DNA of 64,000 nt from Macrostomum lignano (lineage: Eukaryota): positions 62,001 to 126,000 of the forward strand of contig NIVC01000380.1 in the NCBI GenBank assembly GCA_002269645.1, given 5' to 3'. Positions 13,001 to 26,247 of this stretch are shown in pieces. Each line of letters begins with the position of its first letter. The stretch's first letter is position 1. The notes beneath the pieces were generated by a model that searched no databases, had not been told where the DNA came from, and worked only from the letters and a program-made list of their open reading frames with translations. The translations under genes were made by a program, and so were the position numbers.

Positions 13001-15095
13001 GCACTCTGTGTTTTAACTTAGCTAACCAAGACGATCATAGCAGCTTCACCTGGAGACTCCAACAGAGACAGAAGCGCCGCTACATCAAAAACTGTCGCCA
13101 CAACAGCAACTGCAACTGCGGCAACCAACTCAACTATTGCCGAAGATCGAACAGTGACAGAGTTGCAGTTTGATGCGAGCAACACCGATTTTTCGGCTAC
13201 TGATTATAGTAATTCAGAGGTATAAATAATAATTTCCTAGTGATATTATTAACCATGCAACCTTAATGATAACATTAATTATCATTTTGTAAAAGGCAAA
13301 GATACTTTATTTTGCTTAATATTCGTAACTGAATATTGCATGCTTAATTATTATGCTTTATATTCCTAATGGAATATTCCACGCTTAATTGTGCCAGGTA
13401 TTTTCCATTTGTAATGGAATATTCCACGCTTGTTAAATTCATTACGCTCTCCTTAAATTTCGAATCACATATCTTTTACTTGGCTACTGTTGTAAGTAGT
13501 CAAATCAGCACGGAAATGATTATCGAAACCGTTTTCTTAATATTTGAATTTGAAATGAATCCACGACAGGAGGTCGGCGGTTATTCAACCAAGTTCCAGC
13601 AGGCCGCCACGTCGCCAGGCTACACTCCATACAGCGTGAGCGACTTTCAGAACCTCAAATCGGTTGCCACTCTGGGCGGCCTCGGCCACGATAAGGAGAA
13701 CGACGGGTACAGAATTTCGGTGAGTCGGTTAAGATGCTTTGACTTTTAGCCGAACAGAGATTCCAATTAGATTGGCACCGGTTATTAGCTTAAGGTTCTT
13801 TATTCCATGAATATTCCAAATGGAATAAACGGGGTTGTAGCCTAGTGGTTAGAGCGTCGGACTCACGACTTGAAGGTTGGGGGTTCGATTCCCGATCCTA
13901 CTGAAACAATTTGTGTCCTTGCGCAAGACACTTAACTCTGCATTGCTTCAGTTCACCCAGCTGTAAAATGGGTGCCAGCATTAGCTGGGGTAATTGAGGG
14001 TGTGTGTGGCGATCCCCCCCAGTCCTTGGACTGAACAGCCGTACGCAGCCTTCAGATGTGCCGCGCAATAGCTGCGGCTGAGCTGTCGGTTGCACATCTA
14101 TCTGCCCATTGGGGTAGGTGTAATAAAAAAATTCATGTAAATATATCCGGTCTAGATTGTACTCGTAATTTGACTCTATCATTACATTCTTACCCCCCTC
14201 GAACAATCCTGTGCAGCACCAGCTCTACAAGAAAAAGCAGCAATACGCCAAAGCTATTAACGAACGGAACAAGGCTACGTTGGGGACTGAAAAGACTCAG
14301 CAACCGCAGCAGCAACAGAAGCAGCAGCAGCAAGCATCCTCCACACCGTCAGAGGCTGAAAAGCAACCAGTAGTGGAACATGCAGAAGTGAGCGGTGAAA
14401 AGCAGCAACAGCAGCAACAGCAGCAGCAACAGCAGCAGAGAAGCCAGATTCGACCCGAAGTCGACCCGAAAACTGGTCAAAATTTAAGCGAAGTCGAACT
14501 TCAAGCCAAACGCGAAGCTCAAGAGAAGCGAAGTAGGGTGAGTTTCATTGAACAAATTGGGCGAAAAACGTGGTGGAATCTTCAAAGGATGATTTAATTT
14601 AGTCTCACATTCTACTTGAGCAGCCATTGGATTATGCTACACAACTCTAGCATAGCATTTATCAGCCATCGATTTAGTCCAGCTGATCAATTTCCCCACC
14701 GCATTTAACCCGAAATTAGATGAAGGCCTATTCGAAGAATCTGCAGCAGAAGAAGCCGGTTGGAAAACCTGCGGCCCAGCAAAAGCAGCAACCGAAGCAG
14801 CAACAACAGCAACCTGGTCAAAAAGCATCCGTTGATGTTAACAAGGTAAATTAGCTTGAAAATCAATCACTGTGTTTTTTATTTAGCATTTTTGCCTTCA
14901 ATCTAAAATTTGTACCGATATGTTGAGTAAGACAGTTTGTCGTACAGCTTTTTTAACATCGTTAGCTAATGCACGCATCTCGCTAATAACGCATCCCAGC
15001 TTCTTCACGATCCGGATCTTGATAGACAAATGCAGCGGCACCTGGAGGATAAGAAGCGCTCAGATTCTATTCGACAACAGGTGGCAGCAACGTGA
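7051..15095 (+). CDS. JHY: Gln-rich low-complexity protein with JHY-like C-terminal region (10 exons)
   Basis: Exons 7051-7629, 8236-8811, 9429-9890, 10974-11249, 12173-12460, 13022-13219, 13570-13719, 14217-14537, 14720-14845, 15000-15095, all with GT-AG ends, phase 0 and no stops. C-terminal blocks YTPYSVSDFQNLKSVATLGGLGHD, KKKQQYAKAINERN, EKRSRMKAYSK and QRHLEDKKRSDSIR match my recollection of the JHY/C11orf63 C-terminus (YxxYTLxDY..KLGGLGPD, KxKEYAK, RHExEK). The gene model is strong; the symbol is from memory and needs BLAST. Confidence 0.7.
7800..8115. repeat. ~32-bp minisatellite (ATCAATCCCTTAGCAACACAAGTATACAGGTA)
   Basis: About 10 diverged units in JHY intron 1. Confidence 0.85.
8910..9150. 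repeat. ~22-bp minisatellite (CTCAAGTCTACCTTTCATAGAT)
   Basis: Tandem units in JHY intron 2. Confidence 0.85.
9240..9381. mobile_element. hAT-type MITE, 142 bp, in JHY intron 2
   Basis: Perfect 14-bp TIR TAGGGGTGTTCGGG / CCCGAACACCCCTA; perfect 8-bp TSD TTGATTAC (9232-9239 and 9382-9389); internal GTTCGGG(G) subterminal repeats in opposite orientation at the two ends. Confidence 0.9.
9925..10865. repeat. ~72-bp minisatellite with two TCACGTGA palindromes per unit
   Basis: About 13 units in JHY intron 3. Confidence 0.95.
11746..12055. repeat. 12-bp minisatellite (CACACTCAACAG)
   Basis: Tandem units in JHY intron 4. Confidence 0.95.
12600..12770. repeat. 20-bp minisatellite (AATCCCATCCACTCCAATTT)
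   Basis: Tandem units in JHY intron 5. Confidence 0.9.
13831..14112 (+). mobile_element. tRNA-derived CORE-type SINE, copy 1 (JHY intron 7)
   Basis: A box TAGCCTAGTGG and B box GGTTCGATTCC, then TGTGTCCTTGCGCAAGACACTTAAC...CTTCAGTTCACCCAGCTGTAAAATGGG, which resembles the MIR/CORE consensus; A-rich tail; close second copy at 25512-25786. Confidence 0.85.
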
Positions 15096-15324
15096 ATGTG
15101 CATGAGCGTGGATGTCTATGTTTATTTACCTGGAAAGGGCGCACAATTACTGTGTTATTATCGTCTCGAACTGTTTAATTAGATGACTTGATTTTTTTTC
15201 CAAGTACATAGTATTTTGTTAATTATTTAATTATTTCTTATTACTTCGCTCACAATCTGCCGAGTTCAGGTACAGCCGCTATTAAATCACAGATTATGAT
15301 TCATAAATATAATCAGAATCAATT

Positions 15325-15402
15325 AGGATACGAACCCGCGACCTTCACTGAAAATTGACGGAAGTGGGGCACGCGCTTTACCAATATACTACGCCGACCC
15401 CC
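15325..15402 (-). other. tRNA-like SINE head or tRNA pseudogene fragment
   Basis: Minus strand reads GGGTCGGCGTAGTATATTGGT...GGTCGCGGGTTCGTATCC (A- and B-box-like); stems are imperfect, so it is not called a tRNA. Confidence 0.4.
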
Positions 15403-15939
15403 GTAGATTGAAACGTACTAATTACCATTTTAAGCATCTCCCAAGTGTTCCATTTTGAAGGTCAAGGTGCATGACGCAACTAATTGATAGCATCGAAATT
15501 TAAAAAATGCTGAGCCGTTACCTACACTGTTTGCTGACACTGACTTAGACATTTTTATACTGGTATTATTTCCTAGAAAAGACAAAAACCCGCCCACCCC
15601 TTCTTTCATTGCCTTCGATTGTTATTATTATTTTTTTTCTATTTCTTTCTCTATAATAAAAGCACTGATTTCACGTAAAAATACAGCAGGTGTTGTACAG
15701 AATATTTTATTTATAATGCTGATTTCCTAGCTGCTGAACAACACTTCTTTCCTTTTCACATCTTTCCTATTTAAACAATATAATTGAATGTCCTGAGCGT
15801 TGTGTGGTCGATGGAGACCCTCAGCTGTGGAGACGCTTACTGAGCTTTTCAAACCTTACAAAATTATGTATAAGTTTTGTAAAAAAAAAATCGCTTCGCG
15901 CTTTTAAAGCCGATTAGTTTTTTTCTTTATTTTCTACTA

Positions 15940-16360
15940 TTAATACGACAGGGAGGCAGGGAAATGAGGCGATAGAGAGGGAAAATGGGGAAGAGAAAAA
16001 GAGAAGATAGAGGGTAGAGGGGGAAAAGAAGGGAGACAGAGTAAAGGGAGGAGAGAGGTAAGAGAGGGGTGAGAGAGAGAAGAGAGGGTAAGGAGAGGAG
16101 AGAGGGTGCAGAGGGTAGAGAGGGTAAAGAGTGGTGAGAGGACAAAAAGATGGAGAGAGCGTAAAGCTAGGAGGGGAAAAAGAGGGAAGAGAGGGGAAAG
16201 AGGAGAGAGGGTAAAGAGGGAAGAGAGGGGAAAGAGGATAGAGAGGGTACAGAGGGGAGAGAGAAGAATGGTAAGAGAGGGGAAAGGGGAGAGAAGTTAG
16301 AGGGGAGAGAGAGTTAAGGGAGAGTAAAGTTGGGAAGAGGGCAAAGAGGGGAGAGGGGGC
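15940..16360. repeat. GA-rich low-complexity tract
   Basis: Purine-rich run. Confidence 0.85.
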
Positions 16361-17109
16361 GTCAGAGTCCGCGCTGCACAAAGAGAAAGAAGATGAGAGA
16401 CAGGAAACCGAAAGCAATCCATTTACTGGAAATTGGGTGAGTATAAATATGTAGGTAGGTGAGGTAAGGTCAGAGAGACCATGCAAGCTGCCATCGAGCT
16501 CCAGCTGCCCTCTGCAAACACGAGCGCCAATGATGATGATGACGCAATGGATTTATAACTGATTAAATAAATGCCTGTCGTATAATTGCATTTCCTAATC
16601 GATAGCAGACATCAATCTCTACGTCATCACATCAGTCTGTTGCTCTGTGAGGGTTAATCATATTTACAATTGTTTTTGCCAAACTATATTTACACTTAAG
16701 TCTCATTTCTGTCATTCGACAACATCATGCAGCTAACAAATCTTTCTCTGGAATTTTAATTGAATGGCAGAAAAATATTTCCTGCAAAGTTATTTAAAAT
16801 AACGATGTGATACACTTTTTAATGAATTTCCCAGATTATAATTAATAAACTTAAGTTCGCAGTTTCGTTGGCTCTGGACTTTGACAACTGCGTCAAATGG
16901 ATTGGCTTTGGGGCGTTCGCGTGCCAAAGATGCTTTGCCCGAAAATTCTTGCTTAACACAACTTTTGTATTTGGCTTTTGGGTCGGTCTGCAGGAGCCGT
17001 CAGTCTTTTAGTAGCATTGAATCAATCAAAGCCCCTTGAATACCACTACTCGTAGCCACGAGAGAGAGACAGACGCCGATAATGCGCCACCAAAGCCCGT
17101 TCATCAGGC

Positions 17110-17975
17110 ACAAGACCTAAAATTCACGAGACCTAATCTTCACTAGACCTAAAATTTATTAAACATAAACTTCACTAGACCTTCACTACACAAGATCTAA
17201 ACTTCACGAGATCTAATCTTCACTAGACCTAAAATTCACAAGACCTAAACTTCACCAGACCTAAACTTCACTGGACCTAATCTTCACTGGACCTAAATTT
17301 CACTAGATCAAAACTTCGCAAGACCTAAACTTCACGAGACCTATCTTCACTAGACCTAAAATTCACAAGACCTTAACTACACAAGACCTAAACCACACGA
17401 GACCTAATCTTCACTAGACCTAAACTTCACGAGACCTAAACTTCACTAGATCAAAACTTCGCAAGACCTAAACTTTACTAGACATAAATTTCACAAGATC
17501 TAAACTACACAAAACCTAAACTTCACCAGAGCTAAACTACACAAGACCTAAACTTCGCTAGACCAAAACTTCGCAAGACCTAAAAATTATTATACATAAA
17601 CTCCCACTAGACCTTCACTACACAAGACCTAAACTTCACTCGACCTAAACTTCACCAGACCTAAACTTCACTGGACCTAATCTTCACTAGACCTAAACTT
17701 CACGAGACCTAAACTTCACGAGACCTAAGCTTCACGAGACCTAATTTTCACTAGACCTAAAATTCACAAGACCTAAACTACACAAGGCCTTAACTTCACT
17801 AGACCATAACTTCACTGGATCTAAACTTCACCAGACCTAATCTTCACTAGACCTAAACTTCACTGGACCTAATCTTCACTAGACCTAAACTTCACTAGAT
17901 CAAAACTACACAAGACCTAAACTTCACCAGACCTAATCTTCACTAGACGTAAACTTCACTAAACTTCACTAACTG
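17110..17975. repeat. 16-bp minisatellite (AGACCTAAACTTCACT)
   Basis: More than 50 diverged tandem units. Confidence 0.93.
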
Positions 17976-18999
17976 CACCTAATCTAATTCTCTCCCTCCT
18001 CGATCCCTCCTCTCAACTCTCACGTCCCTCCTCTCAACTCTCACGTCCCTTATCTCAATAATCTTCCTCGTCTGTACTTTCTCTTATTTTTCATCTCTCA
18101 TCTCGTTTAAATCTCTCTTGACTTACCAGTCCTTTCTCTAATCTCCATCATTACGCTCGTGCATTCCATCAGCTGGTACGCTTGTAACATCACTCCGTAA
18201 ACTCTATACTTTATTCAACTTTAATTTCTTGATTTCATAAAATTTCATCAAACTATAGCGCAATTATGTAAAACCTTCGCCACTAACTAAATTTACCTTG
18301 CCATAAAATATTAAAAATTCTTCAAATTTAAGCCTAGTTCTACCATTTTTTGGCATCCAAATTCGGATTGTATTTTCTAAGAAAACAGTTGGCTCCAACT
18401 TTCGGCAGGTGGATTACACACTCTTGCCATCTTGCCATTGCTTAGCTATAGTTTTCTAGGAAACTGCAGTGCTTTAACTACAGTTCCCTATGCACTTTTA
18501 TCTGCCAGCCAGTTAGCTGGCTAACTTATATAAAATCATGGGGAACAAACTTAGATTGACTTCGTTCAATAGTTCGGGACCTATCATCGACCTTGAATTT
18601 TGCACTGGCAACACGGGGCAGTAATAAACGGTTGTATTGAGGGAAATTTCTAACGTTCCAAGCGTCGAACTTTTAAGTCTTGTCTGGTAAACACCCATTC
18701 AAGCCGTTAGTACTGCGGTTTTTTCTCCAAAATTATACCGACCTACCGGTGAAGGCCTCGCTATAGCCATATTCGGAATTTAACCGGTATAAATTACAGT
18801 ATACCGGTAAGCTTCCTATTTTACTATGCATAACGAATTCAACTGTTGCTTGTAAACAATTTTGTGCAAGTCTACTTTCGTTATAGAGAGGGCTGGGCCT
18901 GCAGTTCTCCGATAATAACGTAATATTTTTTTACAATCTGTGCGCAGTTTTTTGAATTTTGGTTAAAACTTTTAATATAACAAGGGTTGTAAGTATCTA

Positions 19000-19670
19000 G
19001 TGTCTTAGTGTCCTACTGCCTTTGTGTCTTAGTGCCTTAGTGAAATTAGTGTCTTAGTGTCCTACTGCCTTTGTGTCTTAGTGCCTTAGTGAAATTAGTG
19101 TCTTAGTGTCCTACTGCCTTTGTGTCTTAGTGCCTTAGTGAAATTAGTGTCTTAGTGTCCTACTGCCTTTGTGTCTTAGTGCCTTAGTGAAATTAGTGTC
19201 TTAGTGTCCTACTGCCTTTGTGTCTTAGTGCCTTAGTGAAATTAGTGTCTTAGTGTCCTACTGCCTTTGTGTCTTAGTGCCTTAGTGAAATTAATGTCTT
19301 AGTATCCTACTGCCTGTGTGTCTTAGTGCCTTAGTGAAGTTAGTGTCTTAGTGTCCTACTGCCTTTGGGTCTTAGTGTATTAGTGCCATAGTGAAATTAG
19401 TGTCTTAGTGTCCTACTGCCTTTGTGTCTTAATGCCTTAGTAAAATTAGTGTCTTAGTGTCCTACTGCCTTTGTGTCTTAGTGCCTTAGTGAAATTAGTG
19501 TCTTAGTGTCCTACTGCCTTTGGGTCTTAGTGTACTAGTGCCTAAGTGAAATTAGTGTCTTAGCGTCCTACTGCCTTTGTGTCTTAGTGCCTTAGTGTCT
19601 TAGTGTTCTACTGCCTTTGTGTCTTGGTGTCATTATGTCTTATTGTCTTATTGTCTTAGTATCTTAGTGT
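19000..19670. repeat. 49-bp minisatellite built from GTGTCTTA subunits
   Basis: GTGTCTTAGTGTCCTACTGCCTTTGTGTCTTAGTGCCTTAGTGAAATTA in tandem. Confidence 0.95.
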
Positions 19671-20559
19671 CTAACAATGACAAATTTATAATCAATGATT
19701 TCATCAATGCATTCGCCGAGGGATTTGCTAACTATCGCAGGCAAGCTTCAAGGTAAAAATTCTGGTTTTTAGAGAGGCATCTCCTCAGGAAAAAAGCAAA
19801 GGGCTTTAATTACGGTAAGTGGCGCCGGCAGCTGGCCTTTCAGGTTGCTTTTCTGTACCTGCCCGTCTTCCTCCGCCCCTCTACCTTTCATCAGCGTAGG
19901 TTAAAAAAACAGTTTTTGCTCCCTCTTTTTTCTTAGAATCATCGCCTCGTCAGTCAGCCTCTTCCTTTCTGCTCCAGCCTCCACCATCCAGCCCGCGCCC
20001 GCCTCTTATTGAACACATTTCAAATGAAGCAACAACGGCACGGGTAACTACGTGTGGCTGCTTCTTGAAGAAGGCAGACTCTGGAGAGCTCTGTAGAGAC
20101 AAGATTAAAGCAGGTGATGGCTTTGCAGAGACAGAAAAACAGGGGATTATAGTTTGAGCGGTGAAAGCTCAGCAAGGCTTCCCGCTGTGAGCAGCCCTTC
20201 AAAGCACTTCTTCCTCTTCTAAAAGACTGTGTCTTTTCTGCTTCAAGGCAAAAAGGCAAATAAATTATTTTGGCCAAAAAATACCTGGGAAACGAGGCGG
20301 CTTTTAATGAAAGAAAAAAAGCCTTTTTCCTAAGACTGATTATTAATCCCCTAACTGATGTTCTCGCGGCAGATTTATATAAGCCTGAAAACCTGGCATG
20401 TTATTAATGAAATGAAAAATTAATTAGTCACGAAAACAACCAGAGGAAGACCCGTTATTCATGTTACTTCAAGATGATCTCATTCTAGTAAAGATTTCAT
20501 CTTGGCCATACTTGACTAAACGGCTTGTGTAATAGACAGTCTGTAGTATCAGTGAGATT

Positions 20560-20945
20560 TTCTAACATAAGACAGTTTGTGTCATAGACAGTTTGTGTCA
20601 TAGACAGTTTGAGTCATAGACAGTCTGTATCATAGACAGCTTGTGTCATAGACAGTTTGTGTCATAGACAGTTTGAGTCATAGACAGTCTGTATCATAGA
20701 CAGCTTGTGTCATAGACAGTTTGTGTCATAGACAATTTGTGTCATAGACAATTTGTGTCATAGACAGTTTGTGTCATAGACAGTTTGTGTCATAGACAGT
20801 TTGTGTCACAGACAGTTTGCGTCATAGACAATTTGTGTCATAGACAGTTTGCGTCATAGACAATTTGTGTCACAGACAGTTTGCGTCATAGACAATTTGT
20901 GTCACAGACAGTTTGCGTCATAGACAATTTGTGTCATAGACAGCT
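20560..20945. repeat. 16-bp minisatellite (GTGTCATAGACAGTTT)
   Basis: Tandem units. Confidence 0.93.
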
Positions 20946-21263
20946 TGTCACGGAGCCAGTGATTGGTACTTTTAACTCAGGATTAACGCTGAATGCTCAG
21001 CTAGATTAAGTGTTGCTTTACGCGTAAAGTGCTCCTATACAAACAACTCCAAAAACTAATTAAATATTCATTAGAAAGCCATATCGTATATTTGTAGAGT
21101 AAGCACGAGAGTGAAAACTATAATAAATAAACAGTGTGCAGAATTTATTTGACTGCCATTTCGGCTGCGCTTGATGCTACGGTATATACACTGCCTATAG
21201 CTGTGTCAATCTAATAATAAATTCTCCCAACGCAAACCTTCCCTCGGCAGTCGCGGCAGGGTC

Positions 21264-21371
<108 letters not shown>

Positions 21372-22199
21372 AGGGTTAACTCAATAGTTTTCGGACATCT
21401 CGAAACTGATGGCTGTTGAAAGCGTAACTCACTTCGTGGGTGCAAAATGAAAAAAATACCATTAGTCCAGTAGGTTTAGCGCCACATTTAGCGTCATTTT
21501 AGCGCCATTTTAGCGCTTCATCTGGCATTACTGCAGCGCCACAACTAGCCACATTGCAGCGCCTTTTCGCGCCCTTTAAAGAAACCAGTTCTCTTCCAGC
21601 GTCTCTTCAATCCTTCATCAATCTATTTTTCTCTAGAAATCCTAAATAGACAAAATCGAAGCACTTTTACAAGACCAACAGGGCTAGATAGAATTTATTG
21701 CAGCTTCTGACACGACCTGCTGTGCCTCAAAAAAATACAAAAAATATAGACACGAGAGAGATAAAAAGCGAGAGAGACACAGAGATGGCGTTTCAACATT
21801 TCAGTTTTTGGTTTATAAATATGCTACCTGAGCTTGCCTTTCAGATTTTTGCTATAAAGACAAGAGGAAATGGCTGACACAGTGCTCAGGATGGAATGGA
21901 TTGTTAAAATTCGCTACTCACTCGGTGAGCGGCTTTCGAGAGGCAGTGAAAGTACGGAAACAAAAAAAATCTGAATCGCTACTGCACGCGGTTGGGGGAT
22001 TCTGGGGACAGAACAAATCTGGGAAAGATTTGAAAAAGGAACTAAAACTGGAAGGGATTTTTGCTGCGTATTGAGAATTGAGATTTTCCAGTACGCTCGT
22101 AGAAATTGAGAGATTTTTCAATATTAGTTTGATGAAGCTCGCATTATAAAATTGAGATATTTTTATGAGATTTTTTTCAAAAAGATGGTAAGGAAAAAT

Positions 22200-23155
22200 G
22201 TGAGGAGAGGGTGAGGAGAGGGTGAGGAAGAGGGTGAGAAAGAGAGTGAGGAAGAGAGTGAGGAAGAGAGTGAGGAAGAGGGTGAAGAAGAGAGTGAGAA
22301 AGAGGGTGAGAAAGAGAGTGAGGAAGAGGGTGAGAAAGAGGGTGAGGAAGAGGGTGAGGAAGAGGGTGAGGAAGAGGGTGAGGAAGAGGGTGAGAAAGAG
22401 AGTGGGGAAGAGGGTGAGGAAGAGAGTGAGGAAGAGAGTGAGGAAGAGAGTGAGGAAGAGGGTGAAGAAGAGAGTGAGGAAGAGAGTGAGGAAGAGGGTG
22501 AGAAAGAGAGTGAGGAAGAGAGTGAGGAAGAGGGTGAGAAAGAGGGTGAGGAAGAGGGTGAGGAAGAGGGTGAGGAAGAGGGTGAGAAAGAGAGTGAGAA
22601 AGAGAGTGAGGAAGAGGGTGAGGAAGAGAGTGAGGAAGAGAGTGAGGAAGAGAGTGAGGAAGAGGGTGAAGAAGAGAGTGAGGAAGAGAGTGAGGAAGAG
22701 GGTGAGAAAGAGGGTGAGGAAGAGAGTGAGGAAGAGGGTGAGAAAGAGGGTGAGGAAGAGGGTGAGGAAGAGGGTGAGGAAGAGGGTGAGAAAGAGAGTG
22801 AGAAAGAGAGTGAGGAAGAGGGTGAGGAAGAGAGTGAGGAAGAGAGTGAGGAAGAGAGTGAGGAAGAGGGTGAAGAAGAGAGTGAGGAAGAGAGTGAGGA
22901 AGAGGGTGAGAAAGAGAGTGAGGAAGAGAGTGAGGAAGAGGGTGAAGAAGAGAGTGAGGAAGAGAGTGAGGAAGAGGGTGAGAAAGAGAGTGAGGAAGAG
23001 AGTGAGGAAGAGGGTGAAGAAGAGAGTGAGGAAGAGAGTGAGGAAGAGAGTGAGGAAGAGGGTGAAGAAGAGAGTGAGGAAGAGAGTGAGAAAGAGAGTG
23101 AGGAAGAGAGTGAGGAAGATGGTGAGGAAGAGAGTGAGGAAGAGAGTGAGGAAGA
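22200..23155. repeat. 12-bp minisatellite (GTGAGGAAGAGA)
   Basis: About 80 units; explains the RVRK/TLFL/SSSL/HSLP pseudo-ORFs. Confidence 0.96.
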
Positions 23156-23899
23156 GGGATCCACATAACATCCGTCACAGAGTTTGTTATAAGATTCTTA
23201 CGATTAGATCCAACACAGAATGAGTTCACGCGATATTCTAAATGAATCCGTCAAATCTAAATTAAAGTATTTCCCTACTAAAACAAAAAGGCTATCAAAA
23301 ACTATCTGCTTTAAAATAGCAGGTAGATATGCACTACAACCCAGTTACATCCTGTTGCATTCAATAATGACGAATATTGCACATGAAATTCTAGCTATAA
23401 GTTTGAACTTTGACCCCAGACTCGTAAATGTATTGTAGCTATGCATGGATTTGACTTCTGGTTTGACTGACGACAAACTGAAATTTTGTTGCTGCAATAC
23501 TTCTGCGGGCACGCGCACCTCGCGATGAATGTTGAAATGGCTGCGAGTGAATGACACATGCACAGGGCGTGCACACAGAGACTGCGCGACACAAGAGGGA
23601 CGGGCTGTCGAGGGGCTGAGAGGAGAAAGACTGATCACCCACAGCGACACCGCGACAGCGGCACGAAGTTAAGTGCCGTCTCCAGCCGGAGGGGTAATAT
23701 CTAGCGGAGGTGAAAATTTGTGTGCCTATAGCGACTGGAAGACTGGAAGCGAATAAGAGGTGGAAAAAGGAGATGGATGACTGCCGGGTAGAAAGTTTGA
23801 AGAGAGATGGAGAGCTCAGTAGAGTTGCGGGAAGACAAATAGAAGAAACGGAAAAAGCAGAGGGAGAGAGGGAATTTCGAGATGGAAGAGTGGAGGGAG

Positions 23900-24630
23900 T
23901 GAGATGGGAGAGAGGGAGGGAGTGAGATGGGAGAGAGGGAGGGAGGGAGATGGGAGAGAGGGAGGGAGTGAGATGGGAGAGAGGGAGGGAGGGAGATGGG
24001 AGAGAGGGAGGGAGTGAGATGAGAGAGAGGGAGTGAGTGAGATGGGAGAGAGGGAGTGAGTGAGATGGGAGAGAGGGAGGGAGGGAGATGGGAGAGAGGG
24101 AGGGAGTGAGATGGGAGAGAGGGAGGGAGGGAGATGGGAGAGAGGGAGGGAGTGAGATGGGAGAGAGGGAGGGAGTGAGATGAGAGAGAGGGAGGGAGTG
24201 AGATGAGAGAGAGGGAGGGAGTGAGATGGGAGAGAGGGAGGGAGTGAGATGGGAGAGAGGGAGGGAGGGAGATGGGAGAGAGGGAGGGAGTGAGATGGGA
24301 GAGAGGGAGGGAGGGAGATGGGAGAGAGGGAGGGAGTGAGATGGGAGAGAGGGAGGGAGATGGGAGAGAGGGAGGGAGTGAGATGGGAGAGAGGGAGGGA
24401 GATGGGAGAGAGGGAGGGAGTGAGATGAGAGAGAGGGAGGGAGTGAGATGGGAGAGAGGGAGGGAGTGAGATGGAAGAGAGGGAGGGAGTGAGATGGGAG
24501 AGAGGGGGGAGTGAGATGGGAGAGAGGGGGGAGTGAGATGGGAGAGAGGGAGGGAGTGAGATGGAAGAGAGGGAGGGAGTGAGATTGGAGAGAGGGAGGG
24601 AGTGAGATGGGAAAGAGGGAGGGAGTGAAC
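23900..24630. repeat. 23-bp purine-rich minisatellite (GAGTGAGATGGGAGAGAGGGAGG)
   Basis: Tandem units. Confidence 0.95.
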
Positions 24631-25511
24631 TGAGACAGAGGGAGAGAGTGAGATGAGAGTGAGAGAGAGACTTAAGAGGGAGAGAGAGAAAGGAGGGAAA
24701 TGAGAGAGTGGGAGCTATGAGAGGGGAGAGAGGGGAAGATATGGGAGGGAGGCAGCGAGAGCAGAGATAAAACCGTGAATGGGGATGAAGCTACTCGTAA
24801 AAGTTAAGTTCCAGCTGCGACATCGCAATTACAACTGCAAATTTAGCGCAATAGCATCAGACAGACCGATGGAAATTTCTTGATTTCCCGTGCCTCTATT
24901 AACCCCCCCCCCCGGCAAATACAGTAGCCGTCCTGAATAATTTTAATGACTTCGCGATGGAATAAAAATGAATATGCACAGATATTGGTGTGCATATATT
25001 CGCGGTGAAAGAAACCCCGCTCTCCGCATTACTCGACGAAGAGGCGCGTGGTATCGGGCCTGCAAATCGTCAACAGTCGCATTGACTTCTGCACCAACCA
25101 GCAGACTGTTTCGAATATTTATGGGTTTGGGGAGGGGGGGGGGTGGGTTCAGCCTGGGGCGCCGGCATCATTAGTGTCTCGCAACAGATTTGACTGGCAG
25201 TTGCGCAGACGGAATCCCGTCTGTCTGTCAGTCAGTCTGCAAGCCTTGGAGGCCAAACATCGCTGGAAGAAGAAAAAAATAATGTTTCTTCGTCTTAAAA
25301 GCCAACCCTGGCATTGTGATTTCGAAAGCCAGCATATTTTTGTTGTCTCTGTTGTTGACGCTGCAGAATCTGTGTGAGTTAACCTGACGTGACAGGGGAA
25401 CCGTTGGTTGTTCAGCTGTTTTACTCCATACCATTCGTTTGGTGATTTGAAGTTTTTTAAATCTACAAACTAGATAATAATATTCATTATAATAATTGAT
25501 TGAGCCAGCTC

Positions 25512-25786
25512 TAATGGGCAGATGTGCAACCGACAGCTCAGCCGCAGCTATTGCGCGGCGCATCTGAAGGCTGCGTACGGCTGTTCACTTCAAGGACTGG
25601 GGGTCGCCACAAACACCTTCAATTACCCCAGCTAATGCTGGCACCCATTTTACAGCTGGGTGAACTGAAGCAATGCAGAGTTAAGTGTCTTGCTCAAGGA
25701 TACAAATTGTTCCGAGTGGGTCGAGAATCGAACCCCCGACCTTCCAGTCGTGATTCCCACTCTCCAACCACTAGGCTACAACCCCC
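25512..25786 (-). mobile_element. tRNA-derived CORE-type SINE, copy 2
   Basis: Reverse-complement match to 13831-14112 over the full length. Confidence 0.85.
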
Positions 25787-26011
25787 ATACACTAGACAGA
25801 CTCGACAAGCCTCTTAAGTTCCCAAAAAGTACTTTAAAAACTTTATGAACTTTTTCCACTTCTTTGTTCCTCTTCAATGATCAGAACTTACCGCCAAATC
25901 GATGGTCCTGCGATGGGTAGCCCACTTTAGCCAACATCCGTAAAGCGCGTTTGGAGAAGCAACGGATGACCCTACACGACACTTTTGCCATTCTTAGTTA
26001 GTTAGCTCATC

Positions 26012-26014
<3 letters not shown>

Positions 26015-26101
<87 letters not shown>

Positions 26102-26141
26102 CTAGTTAGTTAGTTAGTTAGTTAGTTAGTCAGTCAGTTAC

Positions 26142-26240
<99 letters not shown>

Positions 26241-26247
26241 TTCAGTC

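Noticed and set aside
13831-13905. Functional tRNA gene
   Set aside because: A and B boxes are present, but acceptor and anticodon stems are imperfect and the sequence runs into a SINE body present twice.
16780-17110. Minus-strand frame MNGLWWRIIG...KD*RLLQTDPKAK... with one internal stop
   Set aside because: No recognisable domain, no convincing splice sites, and similar-length open stretches in other frames.
21918-23229. Long ORFs of 333-417 aa (RVRK, TLFL, SSSL, HSLP repeats)
   Set aside because: Translations of a stop-free 12-bp minisatellite in several frames; no splice or domain support.
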